Shown in pieces: positions 46,019 through 55,312 of a stretch of DNA of 64,000 bases; within the stretch, counting starts at the first letter, position 1, and the number at the start of each line of letters is the position of its first letter. Below the pieces are notes generated by a model. It did no database searches and was not told the origin of the DNA. It worked only from the letters and a program-made list of their open reading frames with translations. This DNA comes from a virus (taxonomy: Duplodnaviria; Caudoviricetes): IMG/VR virus record IMGVR_UViG_3300031784_000003; one strand, written 5' to 3'. The translations under genes and the position numbers were made by a program.

Positions 46019-48253
46019 ATGAGTTACATAAATAAACAAAGTACTACGTTAGTAAGAGTAAAACTAACAGATATAGGTAGAGAACAATTAGCAAAAGGAC
46101 AATTAACCTTCACCAACTACATTATAGGTGATTCTGAGGTTGATTATAATTACGTAAAGGGTTGGAAAGAATTTGTCCCATCTGCTGGGGCAGCAACAGG
46201 ACAATTTTATTTTACTAATCCTGATGGTAACATTCAAAAAAATATATTCTCTAAAGTACTGAGACCAAAAGATGATAATCCATTTTTCTCTACTTTTCTA
46301 CTTAATCAAAGTAACCAGTTTTTATTTCCTTTAAATCAACAAAGTAATATACAATTAATTAAAGGTTTAGTGTCTAATAAGGCAGAAGATAGAGGTTTCT
46401 TTTCTGGATCAACAGTAGACACAGGATTAATTGCTCAATCAGATACTAAATTTATAAAAGAGAGTGGTACTATAGATTTAGGTAAATTTAATGGTAATAT
46501 TAATTTAAGTACATATACACAAGGGGTTTTAGTTTTAGATACTCCATTAACTGCAACTAGCGTAAACGATTATATAGTATTTAGATTTAGTAATCCAACA
46601 TTAGGTAACGTTACTGGAGACACTATGACTGCAGCGACAATAAATACTACTTATAGTATCACATATTTAAGTGGTTCGACAATAAGGGTAGATAGAACAT
46701 TACCTACATTAAGTGCATACTCAGGCACAATTATTAGTTATTATACAATACCTGGTGGTGATGATCCCACAGATAGTTATTATGGATTAAATTCACTTAC
46801 TGCGTATTGGAATACAGGTACACTATCCTTCGAAAGTAGTTGTGATGTTTGTGTTGAGAACATACCTGTATGGAATATGAATAATGTTTGGACAGAAAAC
46901 CCCGCAGGACTTTATAAAGATTCGCCAGTTAATTTTCACGAACATAATTTATTTGGTTCTGAAGAATACACTGGTACAAAACAATATTTAGGGTATAATG
47001 AAAATTTAGTTTGTGATACTAATGACGCTAATTCTATATGTGGTGTTAATGAGTCAATTAGTTATATTGACCCATATAGAAAATCTATTTCTATAATACA
47101 TTATACGAATAGTTGTATTTCTAATTTTTATGGTGAACAATTTTACATTGATGCAGAAACTGGTAAACTTTTAAATTTAGATATACCTGTTATGTGGCAT
47201 AGAAGAAATGATGTTGGTACATCAAGTGGTACGACATTAGGTATGAGATTTACATCTGATGGAGTTAAGAAAACATTGAGTTCTAATAATGATGTAGAAT
47301 ATTATGATTTAATAGAGTATAGTGGAATGTCAGTTACACCTACACTACCTTTAGTAGTTGGTAAAGTTTTCCCTCAATTACAAATAGTTGTTATCGATAA
47401 TGAGGAATTAATTGCGGCTATGTCATATAGATCGAATAGAAATTATACATTACCTGATTTATCAGCGGAATTAATAACATCGGTTAGTGGTAATTGTACG
47501 GGAGTTCTTAAAGCTGGTGAGAGAATGTATTTAACTTATTGGTTAGAGAACGTAGGAACAGGTACGACTAATGTTACAACACCTATATTACCTTGCCAAA
47601 GATATTCGGTTATAGATAATAACACTAGTTCAGATAAAGACGTTCAGTTTAGAATTAACAATCTTGGTCAATTACCATATATGAGGAAAAAAGAAGATGC
47701 GTCTTATGACGGATATGGATTCTTTGCAGATACATTTAAAGTGTTGGCACAAGTGGTTAACCCAAATACTCAGTTAAGACCGATACCATCTAATTGGAAG
47801 GTTATGGACTTCACTAGTAATAAAATTACAGTCAATAGTGGTGAAACAATTAGTCCATCATTATTAGAAAACCAAAATCCTAATATTACTGGATTTATTA
47901 TGACAGGTTCACTTTATAGTGGGTCGTCTACATTTAATTTAGGTGCAGAATTGGATATGCCTAACGCTAGTTACTATGGTAGATTAAACTTTGGTAAAGA
48001 AAGATTATTCTATGGTAACCTTAGAACATATATAGGGGCAACAATATACAAGTCACTATTCAATATAAATGTTGATGGGGCAACTATATCATCTAGTAGT
48101 AATCCAACATATGAGTTTGGTTATGACAGATATATAAGTGAGATTGGTATATTAGATAGTAGTCAAAATTTAGTTTTGGTGGGTAAATTATCCAGACCAA
48201 TAAGATTGGCTGATTCTACAACCGCTTCAATAGAATTAACAATAGATTTTTAA
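46019..48253 (+). CDS. Tail-collar/fibre attachment-domain protein (P2 gpH N-terminal-like), paralog 1
   Basis: KLTDIGREQLAKG..IIGDSE at the N-terminus and ISEIGILDSSQNLVLVGKLSRPI at the C-terminus; TATTTAT at 45996-46002. Confidence 0.55.
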   Translation: MSYINKQSTTLVRVKLTDIGREQLAKGQLTFTNYIIGDSEVDYNYVKGWKEFVPSAGAATGQFYFTNPDGNIQKNIFSKVLRPKDDNPFFSTFLLNQSNQFLFPLNQQSNIQLIKGLVSNKAEDRGFFSGSTVDTGLIAQSDTKFIKESGTIDLGKFNGNINLSTYTQGVLVLDTPLTATSVNDYIVFRFSNPTLGNVTGDTMTAATINTTYSITYLSGSTIRVDRTLPTLSAYSGTIISYYTIPGGDDPTDSYYGLNSLTAYWNTGTLSFESSCDVCVENIPVWNMNNVWTENPAGLYKDSPVNFHEHNLFGSEEYTGTKQYLGYNENLVCDTNDANSICGVNESISYIDPYRKSISIIHYTNSCISNFYGEQFYIDAETGKLLNLDIPVMWHRRNDVGTSSGTTLGMRFTSDGVKKTLSSNNDVEYYDLIEYSGMSVTPTLPLVVGKVFPQLQIVVIDNEELIAAMSYRSNRNYTLPDLSAELITSVSGNCTGVLKAGERMYLTYWLENVGTGTTNVTTPILPCQRYSVIDNNTSSDKDVQFRINNLGQLPYMRKKEDASYDGYGFFADTFKVLAQVVNPNTQLRPIPSNWKVMDFTSNKITVNSGETISPSLLENQNPNITGFIMTGSLYSGSSTFNLGAELDMPNASYYGRLNFGKERLFYGNLRTYIGATIYKSLFNINVDGATISSSSNPTYEFGYDRYISEIGILDSSQNLVLVGKLSRPIRLADSTTASIELTIDF

Positions 48254-48263
48254 ATATAAAAAA

Positions 48264-49559
48264 ATGGGATTTATAAATAGTGCAACAACAGTATCAATTA
48301 GAGCTAGATTAACTAATCTTGGAAGAGAAAGATTATTGACTGGTAATAATACAATATTCTCTCACTTTATTTTAGGTGATTCAGATGCAAATTACAATAC
48401 AGAAACTCCATTACCTACTGGTAGAATACCTGTTGATAGTGGGGATTTAGGTAATGATAACGGAACAAACGATAATATTTCCGCAAATGTAGACATTAAT
48501 AGTAAATTATTTGTCACTGTTGCACCTATTATTAAGAAAACTGTTGAACCTAATTCATCTTCGGTAAGTTTGATTGTTAGTGAAATAGGTGAGACTACAT
48601 TAACTGGTTCTAATTTAACGTATTTACAAATGGATAAAACTAATACGACTAATATAAACACAAACTATTTTAAATCTTTATCCTTACCAATAAAATTAGA
48701 TACGGTTAACATTTTTACAGGAACTACATCACAAAATGGTGGTTGGTCAGATACACCTTTTAGTGGATTAGGTGTGACAAAAGTGTTGATGGGTATTATT
48801 GATAATAGTAAATATGGTGAGATAATAGATGGTAAAAGTGTTAAAATTAATTTACCTGTTTATACTGGATTTACTAGTGGTGGGGTAGGTACAGGAATAA
48901 CTACTTATAATATTTATAGTACATTTCCTAGAACAACTATTTCTAAGACAGAATTAGATAATCATTATATTGATGAGAGTAGTTATCCACAGTCTTTATT
49001 TGGTAGAAAAATTAATGTATCTTATTTAGTTTCCGATCAAATAAAAAAACCAAATAACGATTCAACAAAAAGTTGGTCGACAGGGTATGATACATTTAAA
49101 CCATTTAGTTTAAATTCTAAGGAATTAATTAATGTTCAAACAGTATCATCTACAGGTATTAACGCTGATGAAATAGTGGGTGTTATTTATTTAGATAAAG
49201 GTATTTTTGCGATAACTAATCAAACAATAGTTAATAATATTGCAACTAATTTTAGTGGTGATACAGACACAAATACTATAAATACTGGTTTAAATCTTTA
49301 CTATTATAGTGCGAGTACTTATAATACGGTAATCGATAGTGTACAAAAAGATTTAGTTCAGAATATTGTTTGTATCGCAGCAAGAGGTGAGTTTTACAAT
49401 TCACAAAATGAAACATTAACAGTTTATGATGATGTTAGAATTAGTGAAGTGGCAATAACAGATACCGCAGGAAATATTTTAGCGATAGGTAAAACAGATA
49501 GACATATTGTGAAAAAGAAAAATGATTTTGTAGTATTCGATGTACAAATTATAATATAA
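48264..49559 (+). CDS. Tail-collar/fibre attachment-domain protein, paralog 2
   Basis: RLTNLGRERLLTG..ILGDSD and ISEVAITDTAGNILAIGKTDRHI mirror the upstream gene. Confidence 0.55.
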   Translation: MGFINSATTVSIRARLTNLGRERLLTGNNTIFSHFILGDSDANYNTETPLPTGRIPVDSGDLGNDNGTNDNISANVDINSKLFVTVAPIIKKTVEPNSSSVSLIVSEIGETTLTGSNLTYLQMDKTNTTNINTNYFKSLSLPIKLDTVNIFTGTTSQNGGWSDTPFSGLGVTKVLMGIIDNSKYGEIIDGKSVKINLPVYTGFTSGGVGTGITTYNIYSTFPRTTISKTELDNHYIDESSYPQSLFGRKINVSYLVSDQIKKPNNDSTKSWSTGYDTFKPFSLNSKELINVQTVSSTGINADEIVGVIYLDKGIFAITNQTIVNNIATNFSGDTDTNTINTGLNLYYYSASTYNTVIDSVQKDLVQNIVCIAARGEFYNSQNETLTVYDDVRISEVAITDTAGNILAIGKTDRHIVKKKNDFVVFDVQIII

Positions 49560-49579
49560 CATTTTTTATTAAAGTTTTT

Positions 49580-50212
49580 ATGAGTAGAATATTAGGGTTG
49601 GATGTTTCCACCAAAACAATAGGTATATCTCTTTTTGAAGATAATGGGGATAATGGTAGGTTACAATTATTAACACACATTACACCTAAAGTTAAACCAA
49701 AACCTACTGATAGTATTGAATTACTAATTAAAAAAGCACAAATATTTCAGTTTGATTTTTTGGAAAAATATAGTGATATTGATATTAGTAGAGTTATCAT
49801 TGAAGAACCTTTATTACAATCTAATAATGTTAATACTGTTTCTACTCTATTAAGATTTAATGGTATGATATGTCGATCAGTGTATGAAGTTTTAAATATT
49901 GTGCCAGAATTTATATCATCTTATGACGCTAGAAAATTTGCGTTTCCTGATTTAATGCAGATTAGAACTCACAATAAAAAAGGTGAACCATATAGTGATA
50001 AAGAAGTTGATAAGAAACAACCTGTATTGTTTGGTTCATATCCTTGGGATATAGATAAAAAAGTAGTTGTTTGGGAAAAAGTTAACGAAAGAGAACCTCA
50101 AATAGTATGGATGTATGATAAACATCAAAAGTTGGCTAAAGAAAATTATGATATGACAGATGCTTACGCTTGTGTTTTAGGACAAATGAGAAAAGAAGGT
50201 AAGTGGAAATAA
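49580..50212 (+). CDS. ruvC: Holliday junction resolvase, RuvC-like
   Basis: ILGLDVSTKTIG, VIIEEPL and DMTDAY acidic active-site motifs. Confidence 0.85.
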   Translation: MSRILGLDVSTKTIGISLFEDNGDNGRLQLLTHITPKVKPKPTDSIELLIKKAQIFQFDFLEKYSDIDISRVIIEEPLLQSNNVNTVSTLLRFNGMICRSVYEVLNIVPEFISSYDARKFAFPDLMQIRTHNKKGEPYSDKEVDKKQPVLFGSYPWDIDKKVVVWEKVNEREPQIVWMYDKHQKLAKENYDMTDAYACVLGQMRKEGKWK

Positions 50213-50240
50213 TATCGTTTATTTTACTGATAATTTGAAG

Positions 50241-50268
50241 TATCGTCTTTTTAGGCGATATTTTTTTT
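50241..50268 (+). terminator. Rho-independent terminator
   Basis: tatcgtct-tttt-aggcgata stem-loop plus T8. Confidence 0.75.
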
Positions 50269-50296
50269 GCGTATTAAAAAAATATTATTACATTTG
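50266..50296 (+). promoter_or_regulatory. Bacteroidota sigma-A promoter TTTG-N19-TACATTTG
   Basis: Exact consensus and spacing, 6 nt before the primase ATG. Confidence 0.8.
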
Positions 50297-50302
50297 TAAT
50301 CG

Positions 50303-51259
50303 ATGTCTGAAATAATTGTAGAAATATTAGAAGGTATTTTGGGGCAACCCAGAAAACATTATAAAGATAAATCACAAATATCTTTTGATTGTCCTGTCTG
50401 CTCATACGATATAAAAGGTTTAGAAAAGGGTGACGGTAAAGGTAATTTAGAAATTAATTATGAAAGTAACGTCTATAAATGTTGGGCTTGTTCCGAAACA
50501 AATAATACACATGGTTCAGTCTATAAATTAGTTAAACAATACGGTACCAAATCGGATCTTAAAAAATATAAATTAGTTACACCTGAGTTAGTAGATAATT
50601 TTAAAAAGGAAGTTGAGGTAAAAACTTTAGAAGGTTTACCTAAAGAATTTATACCTTTATCTGTTGAATCTTTCACTACCGCATATAAAAAGTCTATGGA
50701 GTATCTTAAAAAGAGGAATATCGGTATAGACATTATTGAAAAATATAATATAGGTTATTGTGAAACTGGTGAATATGCGGGTAGGGTAATATTCCCTTCT
50801 TATGATATTCATAATGATATTAATTACTTTTTAGGTAGGAGTTATGATAAATATAGTAAACTAAAGTATAAGAATCCTGATATACCTAAATCTGAAATTA
50901 TATTTAATGAGAATAAAATTGTATGGGATTCTAATATCTATATAGTAGAGGGTGTATTCGATCACATAGTAGTCCCTAATAGTATACCAATGTTAGGTAA
51001 AGTGATGAGTGAAAACTTATTCAGTAAATTAGTAAGGAAGGCGGAGTGTAAAGTTATTATTTTATTAGATTCGGATGCCTATAACGATTCAATCAAACTA
51101 TACAAAAAATTAAATTCTACTAAATTAATGGGTAGAGTTATGATTATAAAATTACCAGAAGGTTATGATATATCTGATGTTAATCAGAGGTTAGGTAAAA
51201 AAGGTGTTATAGATGTATTAAGTACTGCAAAAAAGATAAAAGAAAGTTTGTTATATTAA
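50303..51259 (+). CDS. dnaG: DNA primase
   Basis: FDCPVC..YKCWAC zinc finger; GRVIFP; TOPRIM IVEGVFD and LLDSDA motifs. Confidence 0.9.
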   Translation: MSEIIVEILEGILGQPRKHYKDKSQISFDCPVCSYDIKGLEKGDGKGNLEINYESNVYKCWACSETNNTHGSVYKLVKQYGTKSDLKKYKLVTPELVDNFKKEVEVKTLEGLPKEFIPLSVESFTTAYKKSMEYLKKRNIGIDIIEKYNIGYCETGEYAGRVIFPSYDIHNDINYFLGRSYDKYSKLKYKNPDIPKSEIIFNENKIVWDSNIYIVEGVFDHIVVPNSIPMLGKVMSENLFSKLVRKAECKVIILLDSDAYNDSIKLYKKLNSTKLMGRVMIIKLPEGYDISDVNQRLGKKGVIDVLSTAKKIKESLLY

Positions 51260-51277
51260 TATATTTGCATATATTTG
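51247..51277 (+). promoter_or_regulatory. Bacteroidota sigma-A promoter TTTG-N19-TATATTTG
   Basis: Exact consensus; a second TATATTTG lies 10 nt upstream. Confidence 0.75.
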
Positions 51278-51295
51278 TTTTTAAAATTAATAATT

Positions 51296-51559
51296 ATGAA
51301 AAAGGGTGGTTTTAAAAGTAATTTTTTTATTTTTTTAAGAAAAATAAAGTTAATTCCTAAAAAACAAATGGAATTAAAACCTATGAAAGTTAGGACTGTT
51401 GTTGGTTATGATGACATATATACTGATTTAGAGGTTCAAAGACATGTCTTTATAATTAATAAACTAAGTGTTAGAAAAGGATGTAAGTTTAATCCAGACA
51501 CAAAAAGTTGTGTTTGTGGTGCAAATCTCGATGAATTTTTAACTAAAAAATATTGTTAG
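51296..51559 (+). CDS. Small hypothetical protein with C-terminal Cys cluster; start revised to 51296
   Basis: ATG follows the promoter; C..KSCVC..C residues. Confidence 0.6.
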   Translation: MKKGGFKSNFFIFLRKIKLIPKKQMELKPMKVRTVVGYDDIYTDLEVQRHVFIINKLSVRKGCKFNPDTKSCVCGANLDEFLTKKYC

Positions 51560-51560
51560 T

Positions 51561-51938
51561 ATGTTATTATTTCTAGACGATAAGAGAGTCCCTTATGATG
51601 TTTTTAGGGACACAATAAATCCGTTGTATGAGAAAAATGATGATTGGGTTATTGTACGTAATTATTATGAGTTTATAAATGTCATACAAAGAGTTGGTGT
51701 CCCTAAATTTATTTCATTTGATCACGATTTAGATTATGATCATTATTTAATGGAAAACCAAAAGGATATAAACTATGATGGTTTAAATAGTAAAACAGGA
51801 TACGATGCAGCTATTTGGTTGTGTAAATATTGTTTAACTAACGATTTAGAATTACCTGAATATTATGTTCATTCGGCAAACTTAGAAGGTAAAAAGAATA
51901 TTGTGGATTACTTAGAGACTTTTAGTAAATATGTTTAA
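51561..51938 (+). CDS. Stand-alone receiver-fold protein (cyclic-phosphate-processing receiver-like)
   Basis: LFLDDKRVP, ISFDHDL, KTGYDAAIWL and VHSAN..G motifs. Confidence 0.75.
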   Translation: MLLFLDDKRVPYDVFRDTINPLYEKNDDWVIVRNYYEFINVIQRVGVPKFISFDHDLDYDHYLMENQKDINYDGLNSKTGYDAAIWLCKYCLTNDLELPEYYVHSANLEGKKNIVDYLETFSKYV

Positions 51939-52507
51939 AATTTTTTAGTGTCTTTAACAAAGGCTCTTATTTTAACCTTATTCCAATTCTTTAAATCTTC
52001 ACCGTTATCCCCTAATAGTAATATAGACATAGTACGATGCCAACCTTCTATAAGTTCATATTTACCTTTAGGGTTTCTTACTACTATAATAGGCTCGTTC
52101 ATACCACTAGATTTGGCGAGCCTTTTTTGTGTTCTCATTCTTTCTTCATCATTTGGGACTAGATAAGAATCTATGTTACCAAAATCTCTTTCTAAAAATG
52201 CGTTAACAGTATTATCATCAAAATCTTCTGGATTAACAGTTAACACTTCTAATTTCCAAGGACCTTTTAGGAAATTATCCCAATACCCCCCCTCAAATCT
52301 TGATAAAAATAAAATTGGATCACCATAATAGTTATTTTTTATATCTTTAACATTTTGTCTAATAACGTTATTAAAAATGTCTTTTAATACATATTCAGGT
52401 GTATTTTTATAATAATTTTTTATTTTTTCGTATGTTTTTTTTTCTATGGTAGGTTCATATTCACCATAGATAGGTATCGATTCTTTTATAATATTTAAAA
52501 ATTTCAT
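51935..52507 (-). CDS. ParB/Sulfiredoxin-fold protein
   Basis: EPIIVV..YELIEGWHR matches the ParB-N (D/E)GxHR motif. Confidence 0.7.
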   Translation of the reverse strand: MKFLNIIKESIPIYGEYEPTIEKKTYEKIKNYYKNTPEYVLKDIFNNVIRQNVKDIKNNYYGDPILFLSRFEGGYWDNFLKGPWKLEVLTVNPEDFDDNTVNAFLERDFGNIDSYLVPNDEERMRTQKRLAKSSGMNEPIIVVRNPKGKYELIEGWHRTMSILLLGDNGEDLKNWNKVKIRAFVKDTKKF

Positions 52508-53028
52508 AATTGATATGTGTTTGAAATTATTTTACCAGCAACTGTAAGTGCACACCAGTGGTTTGGGCAATCTGTACTTCTACCTGCCACATTTTTACCT
52601 GTACAATCATTCAGACCACCTAAAACATTTATTCTCGGAACACCATTCGAAACGGCATCGTCTACAGATTTTTTAGTACTTTTTTCACAACTATAAGGTT
52701 CTACAATATACATTTTGTTTAGATTTCCACCATTTTCCTTTAAAAAAGATGAATAATCTTTTGAATAATGCCCTCCTCTACTAAATAAAACTAAAATTGT
52801 GTTGGGGTATGTTGAAATAGAATTTTTTATCTCAGACATACTGTCCCATGCGTGAGCAATTACGTTAAAATACCCTTTACCCAAACCTCTCTCCAAAAGA
52901 GACTTTTGTTCTTCCACCCCTTTATATTTACCATCATATAATCCACTAACTAAAATAACTGTAGGTGAAGTATTCGTATCTAAATTTTCTATTTCTTCCT
53001 TTATTATTTTTTTTATTAATTCTTTCAT
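52504..53028 (-). CDS. Minimal alpha/beta-hydrolase (cutinase/esterase-like)
   Basis: VILVSGL oxyanion strand, LVLFSRGG nucleophile elbow, YIVEP and PNHW as candidate acid and His. Confidence 0.55.
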   Translation of the reverse strand: MKELIKKIIKEEIENLDTNTSPTVILVSGLYDGKYKGVEEQKSLLERGLGKGYFNVIAHAWDSMSEIKNSISTYPNTILVLFSRGGHYSKDYSSFLKENGGNLNKMYIVEPYSCEKSTKKSVDDAVSNGVPRINVLGGLNDCTGKNVAGRSTDCPNHWCALTVAGKIISNTYQL

Positions 53029-53049
53029 ATTATGAATAAGTTTATATGA

Positions 53050-53484
53050 TTAATCAATTTTTGTTATATCTACCTCATGATCCCAAGTGTCATGAATATC
53101 TGTTTTTACATCGTCTTCATCGATTTGAAATTCATGTATCATATATTCTAATATGATTGGTAGATAAGTGTCATGTATAAACTCCTCTTCAAAATGAACT
53201 GTGGCATAATAACTTTTATTTCCCCTATATTTATTTTTTATTGGTATTATTACATCATTTTCACTAAAACTACTTAAATTACCATTTAAATTTTTTAATG
53301 TTTCATAAAAAGAGGCATATATAAAATCTACTTCATCCGCATCACTAATACCTAAATCATTTTGAATAAAATAGAATACTTCTTCATATACCATTTTATT
53401 TGTGTAAAAGTCATGTACGGAATATGTTTGGTTAAATTCAGAAAACAATAGTTTAATGAATCTATATAGAATTTTTTTGTTCAT
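53050..53484 (-). CDS. Acidic hypothetical protein; start revised to 53484
   Basis: MNKKILY start lies clear of the divergent gene; minus-strand TATTTATA is 39 nt upstream. Confidence 0.55.
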   Translation of the reverse strand: MNKKILYRFIKLLFSEFNQTYSVHDFYTNKMVYEEVFYFIQNDLGISDADEVDFIYASFYETLKNLNGNLSSFSENDVIIPIKNKYRGNKSYYATVHFEEEFIHDTYLPIILEYMIHEFQIDEDDVKTDIHDTWDHEVDITKID

Positions 53485-53519
53485 AGTTTGTTTTCCAATA
53501 AAAAAATCATTATAATTAT

Positions 53520-53531
53520 TATTTATAAATA
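53520..53531. promoter_or_regulatory. Palindromic TATTTATAAATA (late motif on both strands) at a divergent junction
   Basis: Perfect 12-bp palindrome between divergent genes. Confidence 0.55.
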
Positions 53532-53540
53532 TAATCAAAT

Positions 53541-54455
53541 ATGCAAATTTTAAAAGAGTTATCAGTTTTTAATAATATAAAATACTATGATGAACCACAC
53601 ACCTATTATATTAATGGGGTTAAAGCGATATCGTGTACAGGACTAATCCATAAATTTGAAGAGGATTTTGAGGATGGTATTTTAAAACCCGATAGATGGG
53701 CGGAAAAACAAGGACATATATTCAATGCCAAAAGTATGGCGGATAGGTACGCTAATAAACAAAATTATTATCCTATGGAATCTGATCCTTATGGTAGACC
53801 AGATTACTCTAACCCTAAACCTAAATCGGAATGGATTACAGAAGAGCAAATTAAATCTGAGTGGAGATATAAAAATATACATGCAACGTATGAAGGTTCT
53901 ACATTACACGATTATATAGAAAATTATATAAGTAATAAAATAAAACCTGAACCTAAGATAAGTCCTGAAGGTTTAATGTTTGAGGAAATAGAATCTACAT
54001 ACAATATAATGAAAGGGTATTTTCATAATTTTTATAATGATACTATCGCACAAGGTAAATTAATTCCTGTTAAATCAGAATTAGTGGTTGGAGATGAGGA
54101 ATTGATGTTATGTGGGATGGTGGATCAAATTTTTTGGAATGTTAAATACCAGTGTTTACAAATATGGGATTGGAAAACAAATACCTTATTGAAGATGTAT
54201 AATGAATATGGTAATAAAATGAAACATTGTTTAAAAGATTTGGATGTTTGTGAATTTAATACATATTCATTACAATTAAATGTCTATAAAAAAATAATAG
54301 AGAGAAATACTAATTTAAGATTTGGTGATTGTTATTTAGTTTGGTATAATGAAGAAAATTCTAATTATGAAATTATTAAATGTGAAGAATATTCACATTA
54401 TGTAGATGATATGTTTCATATGTTACAAACAGAAAGAGAATTATTATTTAAATAA
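53541..54455 (+). CDS. PD-(D/E)XK exonuclease, Cas4-like fold
   Basis: GSTLHDYIE, PVKSELVV, LCGMVDQIF, IWDWKTN and YSLQLNVY motifs. Confidence 0.85.
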   Translation: MQILKELSVFNNIKYYDEPHTYYINGVKAISCTGLIHKFEEDFEDGILKPDRWAEKQGHIFNAKSMADRYANKQNYYPMESDPYGRPDYSNPKPKSEWITEEQIKSEWRYKNIHATYEGSTLHDYIENYISNKIKPEPKISPEGLMFEEIESTYNIMKGYFHNFYNDTIAQGKLIPVKSELVVGDEELMLCGMVDQIFWNVKYQCLQIWDWKTNTLLKMYNEYGNKMKHCLKDLDVCEFNTYSLQLNVYKKIIERNTNLRFGDCYLVWYNEENSNYEIIKCEEYSHYVDDMFHMLQTERELLFK

Positions 54456-54458
54456 TAC

Positions 54459-54489
54459 TTTGAATCGGTTAAATAAATTAATATATTTG
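54459..54489 (+). promoter_or_regulatory. Bacteroidota sigma-A promoter TTTG-N19-TATATTTG
   Basis: Exact consensus, 4 nt before the sbcD ATG. Confidence 0.8.
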
Positions 54490-54493
54490 TATT

Positions 54494-55312
54494 ATGGTAA
54501 AAAAATTATTTCACATTGCGGATTTACACTTCAGAACATACAAAAGATTAGATGAGTCTGAAGAAGTCTGTAAACTATTTATAGAAGAAGTTTCTGAATA
54601 TTTTAAGGAACATAATCTTTCTTATAATGAGGCTAGAATTGTTATAGTTGGGGATATAGTCCACCAAAAAATAACTATTTCAAATGAACTATTTGCACTC
54701 ATAACTTGGTTTTTTAATGAATGTAGTAAATTATGTCCTGTAGTTATTATTGCTGGAAATCATGATTTGTTAGAGAATAATAAAGATAGGTTAGATAGTA
54801 TTACTCCAATAGTTAATGCAATTAATAATGATAATGTTAGATACTATAAAGATAGCATATGTTATGAGGATGATAATATAGTTTGGTGCGTTTATTCTAT
54901 ATTTGAAGAGAATCATAGACCTAATATAGAAGAATTTAAAAAATTAATTGGTAACGATAAAAAATATATTGGACTTTATCATGCACCTGTTACAGGTGCC
55001 ATTACTTCTATTGGTTTTGAATTTGAAGAAAGTGTAGAATTATCTCAGTTTGATGGATGTGACGCAGTTCTAATGGGTGATATTCACCATAGACAAAATT
55101 TTACTTACAAAGGAATTAACATTGCCTATTGTGGGAGTTTAATCCAACAAGATTTTGGAGAAAGAGTTGACAATCATGGTTACTTAATTTGGGACGTTAA
55201 TGATTTAACTTATACAGAACATAATATAAAAAATAATTACGGTTATTATGTTTTTAGAATAAATTCTTTGGATGATATTGAAGAAGAAAGAGAATATATA
55301 ACAAATTACTAA
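54494..55312 (+). CDS. sbcD: SbcD/Mre11 (gp47-like) nuclease
   Basis: HIADLH, VGDIVH, AGNHD, YHAP, MGDIHHRQ and YCGSLIQQDFGE metallophosphoesterase motifs. Confidence 0.9.
   Translation: MVKKLFHIADLHFRTYKRLDESEEVCKLFIEEVSEYFKEHNLSYNEARIVIVGDIVHQKITISNELFALITWFFNECSKLCPVVIIAGNHDLLENNKDRLDSITPIVNAINNDNVRYYKDSICYEDDNIVWCVYSIFEENHRPNIEEFKKLIGNDKKYIGLYHAPVTGAITSIGFEFEESVELSQFDGCDAVLMGDIHHRQNFTYKGINIAYCGSLIQQDFGERVDNHGYLIWDVNDLTYTEHNIKNNYGYYVFRINSLDDIEEEREYITNY

Noticed and set aside
53541-54455. Cas4-like nuclease as evidence for a CRISPR system
   Set aside because: No cas1/cas2 or array; stand-alone PD-(D/E)XK exonucleases next to SbcCD are ordinary phage recombination genes.
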